NCBI GenBank assembly: GCA_963728425.1
Contig: CAVSKC010000002.1
Coordinates: 74,806 to 138,805 of the forward strand
Direction of reading: 5' to 3'
Length of the DNA: 64,000 bases
Origin: an uncultured Actinomycetota bacterium
GTDB taxonomy: Bacteria > Actinomycetota > Actinomycetes > JACCUZ01
The first letter of the stretch is position 1, and each line of letters starts with the position of its first letter. A model generated the notes under the pieces. The model searched no databases. It saw only the letters and a program-made list of their open reading frames with translations, and had not been told where the DNA came from. The position numbers were made by a program, and so were the translations under genes. Below, piece by piece: positions 14,414 through 24,418 of the stretch.

Positions 14414-15256
14414 ATGTCGAGCACAGCGCAAGGAGACGCTCGGACCACCTACCGCCAGCTGAGGGTGGCAATGCCACTTCTGGTAGCGCTCCTGGCGGCC
14501 GCCGTGTTGCACCAGATCTTCAAGCCGGAACCCGACTGCTGGCTCGGATCGATCAGCGCGTACTACTACACCCCTGCACGGGCCGTCTTCGTGGCCAGCC
14601 TCTGCGCGATCGGCATCTGCCTCATCATCTACCGCGGGAGCACTCCGCGCGAAGACGCCGTGCTCAACCTGCCTGGGGTGCTGGCGTTCGTCGTGGCGTT
14701 CATTCCGACGCCACTCAAGGACCTCACAGTCGAGCCCGACAGCTGCCAACACAGCAACGTGCCGACCGAGACCCAGCTGGCGACCGCCCTCAACAACAAC
14801 ATCTTCGCCCTTCTCACCGGACTGACCCTGGCGGTCGTTGTGGTGATCGCATTCCGCGCGCTGCACGTCAGCTCAGCCAGCGCGGTACCCACGTATGGCT
14901 TCGCCGTCTTCGTTGCGGCGGGCTGGGTCTGGTTCGTGGCTGCCCCGGCCAACCTTCGCCAGTACGGCCACATAACCGCCGCGATCCTGTTGTTCATCGG
15001 CATCGTGGCCGTGACCGTCATGCACGCGTTCAACATGGTGTGGTTCGACCCGAAGTCCACGCCGGCGCCGGCACCTTATCGCGACATCTACCGCGCCATC
15101 CTCGCCGTCATGATCGTCGGCTTCGTCGTCATCGGCGGCCTCGCCCTGTTCGCCAGCTTCGACCACACCGTGTTCTGGCTCGAGAGCCTGTTCATCACCT
15201 TGTTCGGCGGGTTCTGGATCACCCAGACCGCCGAGCTGTGGCACGACACCGACTGA
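14414..15256 (+). CDS. Polytopic membrane protein of unknown function (about 8 TM segments)
   Basis: Track ORF, 280 aa, starting 18 nt after the regulator stop. It has eight hydrophobic stretches and conserved-looking extracytoplasmic Cys residues (PDCW, DSCQH). Confidence 0.7.
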   Translation: MSSTAQGDARTTYRQLRVAMPLLVALLAAAVLHQIFKPEPDCWLGSISAYYYTPARAVFVASLCAIGICLIIYRGSTPREDAVLNLPGVLAFVVAFIPTPLKDLTVEPDSCQHSNVPTETQLATALNNNIFALLTGLTLAVVVVIAFRALHVSSASAVPTYGFAVFVAAGWVWFVAAPANLRQYGHITAAILLFIGIVAVTVMHAFNMVWFDPKSTPAPAPYRDIYRAILAVMIVGFVVIGGLALFASFDHTVFWLESLFITLFGGFWITQTAELWHDTD

Positions 15257-15277
15257 TGTGCCAACTGGGGGGTGCGG

Positions 15278-15547
15278 TCACGGACCAGTGGCGAGCTGGA
15301 GGTAGGAGAGGCCGCGCAGGTCCAGCCAGGTGCGGCCCGGTGCGCTGACCACCCGCAGCAGCACCGAGTCGCAGCCGGCGCAGCGGACGACGGCGCCGGG
15401 GGCGTCCATGAAGACGTGCGCCTCGGCGAGCACCGCCACCGAGCCGCATCCGTCGCACCGACCCATGGCGGTCGTGACGTCGACCGCGAACACCTCCCCC
15501 AGCGCGCCCGCCATCGCGTTGCCGTCGAGATACGTCGGCTCGGTCAT
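15278..15547 (-). CDS. DUF6510-like small Cys-containing protein
   Basis: Track ORF. It has CDGCG...CAGC pairs. Its usual partners are the two upstream oxidoreductase genes. Confidence 0.65.
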   Translation of the reverse strand: MTEPTYLDGNAMAGALGEVFAVDVTTAMGRCDGCGSVAVLAEAHVFMDAPGAVVRCAGCDSVLLRVVSAPGRTWLDLRGLSYLQLATGP

Positions 15548-16269
15548 GAGCTGCCTCCACTGGGTCCGAAGCGTTCGGTGCGTACGCGGCGCGGGTCGTG
15601 CCCGGCGTCGACCAGCAGGTCGGCGACCGTCTCGACGAAGCCGGTCGGGCCGCAGACGTAGGACGTCGGCGACTCGGCCGGCGGGAAGGCCGACGCCGCG
15701 AGCAGCCCCGCGTCGAGCCGGCCGGGCGGACGGGGCCAGCCCTCCGGCGTACGGCGTGTGTAGACGTAGGTCAGCGACAGCCCGCCGGCGGCAAGACGCG
15801 CGAGCTCGTCGCGGTACAGCGTCGCGTCCGGGTCACGCAGCGAGTAGACGAGGCGCAGCCGCGCGGAGCTGCCGGCCCCGACGTGCCGGCGCACCATCGA
15901 CATCAGCGGCACCACGCCGGAGCCGCCGCCGACCAGCAGCACCGGCTCGACCTGTTCCGGCCGCCAGACGAACCAGCCGCCGACCGGGCCGCGCACCTCG
16001 AGCCGGTCGCCCGGCGCCACGACGTCGACGAGGTAGGGCGACACCTCACCGTCGTCCAGGCGTTCGACAGTCACCTCGACCAGCTCGCCGTCGGCCACCG
16101 ACGCGATCGAGTAGGACCGGGACGCGGTGTAGCCGTCGTCGGCGGTGAGCCGGATGTCGACGTGCTGGCCGGCCTGGTGCCCCGGCCAGCCCGGCACCTG
16201 CAGCACGACGGTACGAGCGGCCGGTGACTCCGGTCGCACCGACGCGACAGTCGCGGGACGCCAGCTCAT
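15544..16269 (-). CDS. Ferredoxin-NADP reductase-like FAD/NAD(P)-binding oxidoreductase
   Basis: Track ORF. It has RSYSIAS (the RxYS FAD motif) and GGGSGVVPLMSM (NAD-binding motif). Confidence 0.85.
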   Translation of the reverse strand: MSWRPATVASVRPESPAARTVVLQVPGWPGHQAGQHVDIRLTADDGYTASRSYSIASVADGELVEVTVERLDDGEVSPYLVDVVAPGDRLEVRGPVGGWFVWRPEQVEPVLLVGGGSGVVPLMSMVRRHVGAGSSARLRLVYSLRDPDATLYRDELARLAAGGLSLTYVYTRRTPEGWPRPPGRLDAGLLAASAFPPAESPTSYVCGPTGFVETVADLLVDAGHDPRRVRTERFGPSGGSS

Positions 16270-16859
16270 TCGTCCCAGTAGCGCTGCTCACGCCACGGGT
16301 CGCCGTAGTTGTGGTAGCCCGCGGTCTCCCAGAAGCCGGGCTCGTCGTCGTGCGACAGGGTGATGTCGCGCACCCACTTCGCGCTCTTCCAGAGGTAGAG
16401 GTGCGGCACCAGCAGCCGGGCCGGCCCGCCGTGCTCGGCGCGCAGGTCCTCGCCGTCGAACTGGTAGGCCACCCACGCCTTGCCGTCGGTGAGGTCCTCC
16501 AGCGGGACGTTGGTGGTGTATCCCCCGTACGACGTGATGAGCGCGAAGTCCGCGGTGGTCTCGATGTCCTCGAGCAGTGCGTCGAGGGAGACGCCCTTCC
16601 AGTCGGTGGCGAGCTTGGACCAGCGGGTGACGCAGTGCAGGTCGACCGTGGGTGTGTCGGCCGGCATTGCCATCAGCGCGGCCCAGTCCCACCTGTGCAC
16701 CTGGCCGGTCTCGGTAGTCACCGTGAGCTCCCAGGTGTCGGTCGCGACCCGCTGGGTCGGGCCGGCCGTCAGCACCGGGAAGTCCTCGGTGAGGTACTGC
16801 CCCGGCGGCAGGTCGGCGGACGCGCGGCGCCGACCGGAGAAGCCTCGCGAGAACACCAT
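16266..16859 (-). CDS. Sulfite-oxidase-like molybdopterin oxidoreductase (MsrP/YedY-like catalytic domain)
   Basis: Track ORF 16266..16970 trimmed to the ATG at 16857-16859. LHCVTRWSKLATDWKGVSL...EHGGPARLLVPHLYLWKSAKWVRDI. Confidence 0.8.
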   Translation of the reverse strand: MVFSRGFSGRRRASADLPPGQYLTEDFPVLTAGPTQRVATDTWELTVTTETGQVHRWDWAALMAMPADTPTVDLHCVTRWSKLATDWKGVSLDALLEDIETTADFALITSYGGYTTNVPLEDLTDGKAWVAYQFDGEDLRAEHGGPARLLVPHLYLWKSAKWVRDITLSHDDEPGFWETAGYHNYGDPWREQRYWDE

Positions 16860-17002
16860 GGGGCACCACCTCGTCGTTCGGTCGGGACCGGGACCGGGAC
16901 CGCACTGCATCGTCGGCCCCGGGCACCGTCGGCGTCCAGAGTCGTCCCGTCCCGCGGTCGCGCCCGGCAACGAATGAGAGGATCGGCGCGAGGGGGCGGG
17001 AC

Positions 17003-19268
17003 ATGACGACAGCGAGGACCGGCGCGGGGGCTGGCCCCGCCGCAGGCATGCAGTGGTGGCTGGGTGTCCCGCTGGCCGTCGCCCTGATGGCCGTGCTCGC
17101 GGTGCTCGACCTCTCCGTGGGTGCGGACACCGAGTTGAGCGGTCTGATTGTGGTCGGCCCGGCCGTGGCCGCGTTGGGCGCCGGGCCTCGGGCCGTCATC
17201 GCTGTTGGCGCAGCGGCGGTGGCTGCCATCCTGGCCCTGTCCGGCCCCGACAACCTGTGGGGCGAAGCCGAGCTCGTCTACTTCGTCGCTGCGGCCGTTG
17301 TCATCACCGCGGTGAGCGCCTCCATGGCACACATGCGCGAGAAGCTGACCGTCGACGCCTCGCGCCTGGCTGCCATCGTCGAGTCGTCGGCCGACCCGGT
17401 CGTCGGCAAGGCGCTCGACGGCACGATCGTGAGCTGGAATGCCGCGGCCGAGCAGGTCTTCGGCTGGTCCGCCGACGAGGTGCTCGGCCGCAACATCACC
17501 GTGATGGTCCCCGAGGAGCTGCGCGACGAGCTGGCCGGCATCATGACGCGAGCGGCCCACGGGGAGGCCGTCACGCACTACGTCACGCAACGGCTGACCA
17601 AGGACGGCCGACGGCTGGACATCTCGGTGACCACGTCACCGATCCGCGCCGCCGACGGGTCGATCATCGGGGTCTCGGCGCTGGGTCGCGACGTCACCGA
17701 GGCGCTGAAGGCAGCCGATGCGATGCGGGAGAGCGAGGCCCGCAAGTCGGCGATCCTCGCCGGTGCGCTGGACGCGGTGATCACGATCGACCACACCGGG
17801 CGGGTGCTCGAGGCCAACCCGGCGATGACCGCGACGTTCGGCTGGACGGCCGAGGAGATGGTCGGCCATGAGCTGGCCGACCTGCTGGTGCCGGAAGAGA
17901 AGCGCGCCTTGCATCGCGACGGCATCGCCGACTACGTGAGCACGGGTTCCTCCCCCATGATCGGGACGCGGCTGCAGCTGACCGCCGTACGGAAGGACGG
18001 GACGCGGATCCCGGTCGAGGTGACGATCACCCGGGTCGAGCTGCCCGGCGACCCGGTCTTCACCGGCTACCTGCGGGACATGACCGCCCAGCACGCGGCG
18101 CAGGCCGAGGCGGACCGGCTGCGCGAGCGGTTGAGCCAGACCGAGCGGCTCGACTCCCTCGGACAGCTGGCCGGCGGGATCGCCCACGACTTCAACAACC
18201 TGCTGGCGGTGATCCTCAACTACGCGGCGCTGGCGCGGGTCGAGCTGCCGGCCGGTGCGGTGCGCGACGACCTGGACGCGATCTCCGCGGCGGCCCAGCG
18301 TGCGGCGGGCCTGACCCGGCAGCTGCTCACCTTCAGCCGCGGCGACCAGGGGCAGGTGGCGGTCCTCGACCCGAACGCGGTGGCCAGCGAGGTCTGCGAG
18401 GTGCTGCGTCGCACCCTGCCTGCCTCGATCGACGTCGTGCTGCAACCTCGAGCCGGACGCCTGGCCGGTGCGATGCGACACCGCCCGGCTGGACCAGGTC
18501 CTGATGAACCTCGCCGTCAACGCCCGGGACGCCATGCCGGACGGCGGGACCCTCACCGTCGAGACCAGCAACGAGGACCTGGACGAGCTCTCCGCCGGCA
18601 GCCGGGTCTCGCTGCGACCGGGCCGCTACCTCTGCCTCGCGGTGAGCGACACCGGGACCGGGATGACGCCGGAGGTGCAGGAGCGGGCCTTCGACCCGTT
18701 CTTCACGACCAAGCCGCCCGGGAAGGGCACCGGCCTCGGCTTGGCCAGCGTCTACGGCATCGCCCGGCAGATGGAGGGTGAGGTGTCCATCTACACCGAG
18801 CTCGGCCGCGGCACCACGGTCCGGCTGCACCTGCCGGTGGCCGACGCCGAGGTCACCGATACCCCGGTCACCCGGGTGCCCGCGCCGGCGCCGCACGGCC
18901 GCAGTGTGCTGCTGGTCGAGGACGAGGAGCTGCTCCGACAGGCGCTGCACCGGACGCTGTCCGAGGCCGGCTTCGTGGTCTCCACCGCCGAGAGCGCGGA
19001 GAAGGCCCTCGGCCGGCTCGACGACGGCGAGCTGCCCGACCTGCTGATCTCGGACGTGAGCCTGTCCGGCATGCCCGGCCCCGAGCTGGCCCTGCTGCTG
19101 CGCGAGCGCAGCCCGGACCTGCCCGTGCTGCTGATGAGCGGGTACGCCGCCCACCCGCTGCCCGATGGCCTGCTCGGCAAGGCGGCGATGATCGACAAGC
19201 CGTTCCCCACCCGCGAGCTGCTGGCCCAGATCGCCGCCCTCCTCGGCGACCCCTCGTCCGCACAATGA
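17003..19268 (+). pseudogene. Hybrid sensor histidine kinase (TM region, two PAS, HisKA, HATPase, receiver); one frameshift near 18443-18447
   Basis: ORF 17003..18781 carries the PAS domains and the H-box SLGQLAGGIAHDFNNLL. ORF 18468..19268 carries ARLDQVLMNLAVNARDAM, the G-boxes and a receiver domain (VLLVEDEE...LLISDVSLSGMPG). The two join as IDVVL.LEPDAWPVRCD. Confidence 0.85.
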
Positions 19269-19302
19269 TCACGGGGTCAGCGTCGACGCAGCGGGCCGCC
19301 GG

Positions 19303-19653
19303 TCAGCGCTGGTAGGCCTCGCGCATGCGGCGTTGGGCGTCGCCGCCGTAGACGTAGGCCTGGGCGTTGTCGTCGAGGATCTGGTCGTTGGCCCGGTCCA
19401 GGTGGATGGACGGCGGCAGCACGAACCGCCGCTCGATCAGGTCGAAGTCGATCGGCTCGTCCAGGTACGCCGACCAGCCGTGCGGCTGCGGGATGAACCC
19501 GAAGTTCTGGTTGCGCACGCTGACCCGGTTGCCCGCCTCGACCAGCGCGACCATCACCGGCGCGATGTGGCTCATCGCCGGCTCACCGCGCCGGTCGTTG
19601 GCCTCGATCACCTCGCGGTCGTCGGCAGGCAGGCCCGGCTGTTGTTCGGTCAT
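19303..19653 (-). CDS. Hypothetical protein, positional candidate for the toxin's immunity protein
   Basis: Track ORF 19303..19689 trimmed to MTEQQ (ATG 19651-19653, GGAGAGG upstream). It starts 22 nt after the toxin stop. Confidence 0.55.
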   Translation of the reverse strand: MTEQQPGLPADDREVIEANDRRGEPAMSHIAPVMVALVEAGNRVSVRNQNFGFIPQPHGWSAYLDEPIDFDLIERRFVLPPSIHLDRANDQILDDNAQAYVYGGDAQRRMREAYQR

Positions 19654-19675
19654 CCCGACATCCTCTCCGCACGGC

Positions 19676-21160
19676 TCACGGTGCCGCACACACGGGGTGC
19701 AGCCGCGCCGTCGTGTTGGTCAGCGGCCGCTGGTCCACCATCTCGAGCACGCCGCGCTCGATCAACGACTGCATCTCGTGCACGTACGACCTGCCGCAGC
19801 CCGCCCTCGCCGAACTGCGGGTTGTGCCAGGCGTAGCGCACCGCCACCGGCAGGTCCTCGGTCGCGCGGAACATCGTCACCTGGTCGCGGTAGGTGCCCG
19901 CGGTACGGGTTGACCTGCACGCCCTCGAACAGCCGCCGCGCGTCGCCCGCGACACCGTCGACCACCTCGGCGCGGCACCGCGAAGCCGGAGAACGGCAGG
20001 TCCCGTCCCGCCACGCTGCCGGCGCCGACCACGTCACCGGACGGAAGCGTCGCGTTGAACCACCTGTCCACCCCGCCGTAGGGCGGCTCGGCTCTGGAAC
20101 TGCGCCGCCAGCCCGGCCGGGCTGTGCCGGCCGAGGTTGGGCGCCGGCAGCCCCTCGCCGCTGAGCAGGTTGCGGGCCCGGCGCAGGTAGGTCAGCCGCT
20201 CGCCGCCCTCGCCGAGCCGGTCCAGCCGCCGGAACGTCGTCGCCATCGACTCGGCCACCGCGACGCCTTGCGCCGCGCGCCCTTCACCGCCGCTCCCGCC
20301 CCGCCGGACGCCAGCGCGATCAGCAGGTCGGGCAGCAGGTGGCCGATCGCGCGGCCGGGCGACTCCTGCCAGGTGTCCCAGTCGACGATCGCCTTGCCGA
20401 GCTCGACCGGGTGCTGCACGCCGTACCAGAGGCCCTCCCCGAGCGCGACCATGTCCCGCGACCAGCCCTCGGGGTCGACCAGCATCCGCACCGTCGACAT
20501 CTGCCAGGCGAACTCCACCAGCCCGGCCGTCGCCTCCCACGCGCCCCGCCCGATCTCGGCGACGAAGTGCCCGGCCTTCTCCCACCAGTGCGGCTCGCGC
20601 GGCGCCCGCTCCCACGCGGCCGCGATGGTGCGCGACGCCGTCGACCCGGCCCGCAGCACCTGCTCGCGGGCCGCGGTCAGCAGCGCCAGGGCACGGGCGC
20701 GGTCGTCGGCACCTGGGTCGTACGCCGGGGGGCGACGCAGCGCGTCGACGGCCCGGTCCGGGTGCTCCGCCGTCCTGGCGTCGCGGACCGCCGCGTCGTA
20801 GCTGTCGACCTGCTGCGACCAGGCCGACGTGACCGCGGCGGCGTCCTCGTAGAGCCGGATCGCGACCCGGGCGGCGGCCTGGGCGTCGCGCAGCACCGCG
20901 GTGTAGGCCCGCACCGCATCGGCGGTCGCGCTGAAGGCGCCGGCGGCATCGTCGTACCGGCCAGGCTCGATGTCGACGACCGACCGGAACGCGTCACCGG
21001 CCGGGCCGACCCACTCGCCGGCGTCGATCGCGCGTACCCGGGTGGCGGCGCCGCCGAGGCCCTGGGCGACGGTGCCGCAGCGGGCGACCAGGACGTCGAG
21101 GTCGACCGGGTTGCCGGGCACCAGCTCGGTGACCGTGGCGCCCGGCTGCAGGCCGGTCAC
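19676..21160 (-). pseudogene. T7SS-type polymorphic toxin: intact N-terminal secretion/helical domain, C-terminal TNT-like toxin domain broken by about 5 frameshifts
   Basis: The GTG at 21158-21160 overlaps the upstream stop. The N-terminal part (track ORF 20192..21607) has ELVPGNPVDLDVLVARCGTVAQGLGGAATRVRAIDAGEWVGPAGDAFR. The C-terminal pieces lie in ORFs 20034..20615, 19877..20071, 19762..20037 and 19650..19955, plus a last frame ending ...PQFGEGGLRQ/SYVHEMQSLIERGVLEMV...AAP with TGA at 19676-19678. Confidence 0.65.
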
Positions 21161-21468
21161 CGGGGCACCGCCGTGATCACGACCCCGCGACCAAGGGCGC
21201 TGGCGGGCAGGACGGCTGGGTGCGGGCCGGCCGGGTCGAGCACGACGCCGTAGCCGTCGGGGACCAGCTGGAGCAGGTCGCGGCCGGTGGCGCTGGCCCA
21301 GTCGCACTCGCCGGCGTGCAGCTCGAGCGTGGCCAGCGAGGAGAACATCGCCACGAAACCCGCACCCGGCGGCCCGAACGCCGCGACGGCCGGTCGCCCG
21401 CCCGGGCCGGGCACCCGCTGGACGTAGAGGGTGGCGGTCTCGAAGTCGGCCGGCAGCTCGGCGCTCAC
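21157..21468 (-). CDS. SseB-family (secretion-associated) protein
   Basis: GTG at 21466-21468 (GTGA overlap with the upstream gene). VSAELPADFETATLYVQRVPG...AAFGPPGAGFVAMFSSLATLELHAG...LLQLVPDGYGVVLDPAG. Confidence 0.55.
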   Translation of the reverse strand: MSAELPADFETATLYVQRVPGPGGRPAVAAFGPPGAGFVAMFSSLATLELHAGECDWASATGRDLLQLVPDGYGVVLDPAGPHPAVLPASALGRGVVITAVPR

Positions 21469-21762
21469 CGGGTGCCGCCCGCTGCCTGCGCGATCTCGGT
21501 CTCGACCTCGACGTAGACCCGGCCGGCGTCGGTGAGCATCGACGCCAGGGTGGTGGCGTCCTCGACCAGGCAGCCGAGGCCGTGCGCCCACCGGGACATG
21601 AACTCATCCACCGTGTCGGCGAGCGGCTCGTGGCCCGCGGCGGCGGCCAGCGCGGCCAGCTCGCCCTTCCGCTTGGACACCTCGCGTGGCGACCGTCACC
21701 GCGTCGCGCAGCCGGGCGCCCGCCTGGGCCAGGACCTGGGGGTCGACCTCGAGGTAGCTCAC
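21465..21762 (-). pseudogene. WXG100/EspC-like small helical T7SS-associated protein; one frameshift near 21681-21688
   Basis: VSYLEVDPQVLAQAGARLRDAVTVATR (frame of ORF 21604..21936) joins EVSKRKGELAALAAAAGHEPLADTVDEFMSRWAHGLGCLVEDATTLASMLTDAGRVYVEVETEIAQAAG (ORF 21465..21680). Confidence 0.55.
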
Positions 21763-21923
21763 CCGATCGACGCTAGAGAAATCGGCGGCAGCCACCGTCG
21801 GAGTTGTCCACAGGCCAGTCCGCGCCAGGCTGGCTGTGGACGGCGGGGATATATCGGCCGGTTGTCGGTGGGCAGCGGTAGCACAGGACCGACAGCTCAC
21901 GAGACGGACACGGAGGCAGTGAG

Positions 21924-22544
21924 ATGACACACGCATTTCCGACCGGTGTTCAGGTGCACGGCCCCGAGGACGGCCCGGCCGTCCTGGTGCTGCACCCGTG
22001 GTGGGGCATCAGCCCCGGCGTGCTCGCCTGGACCGACACGCTCGTGCAGGCGGGCGCCCGGGTGGTGCTGCCCGACCTCTACGACGGCAAGGTCGTCGAC
22101 ACGATCGAGGAGGCCAAGGCGATGGCCAACGCGGTCGACGACGACGCGGCCAACGCCGTGCTCGACGCCTGCGCCGACCGGCTGAGCGAGAGCGGCCGCC
22201 CGTGGGGCGCGCTGGGCTGGTCGATGGGCGCCTTCCTCGGCACCCGCCTGACCGGCCGGGGCGAGCAGGCCCCGCGGCGGTTCGTGATGTTCTACGGCGC
22301 CGGCGTGGCCGACGGCTCCGGCACCGAGGCGGTGCAGCTGCACGTCGCGCCGGGCGACGACTTCTTCGACCCGGACGAGGAGGCCGAGGCGCTGCGCGGC
22401 TTCGAGAAGGCGGGCATCCGGGTGGAGCGGTACGAGTACCCCGGGCTGGGGCACTGGTTCGCCGAGGTCGGCTCACCGGCGTACGACGAGGAAGGGACCC
22501 GCCTGGCCACCGAGCGGTCGCTGGCGTTCCTCGGGCTCACCTAG
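21924..22544 (+). CDS. Dienelactone hydrolase family protein
   Basis: Track ORF with GGAGG upstream. VLVLHPWWGISPGVLAWTDTLVQAGARVVLPDLY...GWSMGA. Confidence 0.8.
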   Translation: MTHAFPTGVQVHGPEDGPAVLVLHPWWGISPGVLAWTDTLVQAGARVVLPDLYDGKVVDTIEEAKAMANAVDDDAANAVLDACADRLSESGRPWGALGWSMGAFLGTRLTGRGEQAPRRFVMFYGAGVADGSGTEAVQLHVAPGDDFFDPDEEAEALRGFEKAGIRVERYEYPGLGHWFAEVGSPAYDEEGTRLATERSLAFLGLT

Positions 22545-22603
22545 CCGGGGCGGCTGCGCGCGGCCGATGGGTGACTCCCACGCCTGCGGGGTAGGGACGC
22601 GCC

Positions 22604-24273
22604 GTGCGCATCACCGACACCAGCGACCTCTGGTACAAGAACGCCGTCATCTACTGCCTCGACGTCAAGCGGTACGCCGACTCCGACGGCGACGGCTGGG
22701 GCGACTTCGTCGGCCTGTCCCGCAAGGTCGACTACCTGGCCGACCTCGGCGTCACCTGCATCTGGCTGATGCCGTTCTACCCGAGCCCGCTGCAGGACGA
22801 CGGCTACGACATCTCCGACTTCTACACCGTCGACCCGCGGCTGGGCAGCCTCGGCGACGTCGTCGACTTCCTGCGCACCGCGCACGACCGCGGCATCCGG
22901 GTCATCGCCGACCTGGTGCCCAACCACACCTCGGTCGAGCACCCGTGGTTCCAGTCCGCCCGCAAGGGCCCCGACTCGCCGTTCCACGACTGGTACGTCT
23001 GGTCCGACGACCCGCCGCCGGTCGCGCCCGCCGACGTCGCGTTCCCCGGCGAGGAGACGAGCATCTGGCAGTACGACGAGGAGTGCGGCCGCTACTTCCT
23101 CCATCGCTTCTACCGGTTCCAGCCCGACCTGGACGTGTCGAACCCCGAGGTGCGCAACGAGCTGGCCAAGATCGCCGGCTTCTGGACCGAGCTGGGGATC
23201 GACGGGTTCCGGGTGGACGCCGTCCCGGCCCTCCTGCAGACGCGACGACGACGCCGAGCGGGCCCGGCTGCCCGACCCGCACGACTTCCTGCGCGACCTG
23301 CGCGCCTACCTCGGCCGCCGCCGGGGCGAGACGTTCCTGCTCGGCGAGGCGAACCTGCCGCACGACCAGCAGCGCAAGTTCTTCGGCGACGGCAGCTCGC
23401 CGGAGCTCTCCGGCTCGTTCGACTTCATCACGATGGCCAACCTGTGGCTGTCGATGGCCCGCGGTGACGCGGCGCCGCTCGCGCACGCCGTCGAGTCCCG
23501 CCCGGAGATCCCGCCGGAGTGCCAGTGGGCGACCTTCGTGCGCAACCACGACGAGCTGACCCTCGACCGGCTGACGCCGAGCGAGCGCAACGAGGTGTTC
23601 GCAGGCCTTCGGGCCGAAGAAGTCGATGCAGGTCTACAACCGCGGGCTGCGCCGGCGGCTGGCCGCGATGCTCGACGGCGACAACGACCGGCTGCGGCTG
23701 GCGCTGTCGCTGCTGTTCACGCTGCCGGGAACGCCGGTCATGTTCTACGGCGACGAGCTCGGGATGGGCGAGAACCTCGCCGCCAAGGGCCGGCTCGCCG
23801 TGCGCACCCCGATGCAGTGGACGTCGGGCCGCAACGGCGGCTTCTCCACCGCGCCGGCCGCGGACCTCGTGTCGGCGGTGGTACGCGGCGAGCTCGGCCC
23901 GAGGAACGTCAACGCGCGCGACCAGCGCTCCGACCCGGAGTCGCTGCACTCCTACGTGCGCGCGCTGATCCGGGTCTACCGCGAGTGCCCGGAGCTGGGC
24001 TGGGGCAGCTTCTCGCTGCTGGCCTGCGAGGCGCCGTCGGTGCTCGCCCACCAGTGCGTCTGGGAGGACCGCACCCTGGTGGTGCTGCACAACCTGACCG
24101 ACGCCCCGGTCACCGCGTCGGTGCAGCTGCCGTCCGGCCGCGGGCCGGTCGAGCTGGCCGAGCCGCTGGGCACCCGCACCGTGACGAGCGACCAGGCGGG
24201 TCAGGTGACCGTGAAGCTCGGCCGCTACGGCTCGCTGTGGCTGCGGCCGACCGGCGTACATCACTCTGAGTAG
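22604..24273 (+). pseudogene. GH13 alpha-amylase family / trehalose synthase-like enzyme; two frameshifts (about 23238-23244, about 23601-23606)
   Basis: ORF 22604..23467 has WYKNAVIYCLDVKRYADSDGDGWGDF...GIRVIADLVPNHTS...GIDGFRVDAVP. ORF 23433..24269 has FLLGEAN...FVRNHDELTL. ORF 23626..24273 has LLFTLPGTPVMFYGDELGM. Confidence 0.85.
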
Positions 24274-24418
24274 TCGGACTTGACCTTTTCGTGACTCACG
24301 CTCCGTTGGGGTGACGCTGCGCGGGTCATGTGTACGGACACGCTCTGTGACGGGACTATGGACCCAGGCTCGGGCGCTGGCCGTGAGGGGGGAGGAGTGC
24401 TGACGCACGACGACGTCC

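Noticed and set aside
21465-21680. Track ORF 21465..21680 taken as a complete 71-aa gene.
   Set aside because: The helical N-terminal half (VSYLEVDPQVLAQAGARLRDAV...) lies upstream in another frame and joins it after one base is discounted. The longer frameshifted call fits a roughly 100-aa WXG/EspC-like protein better.
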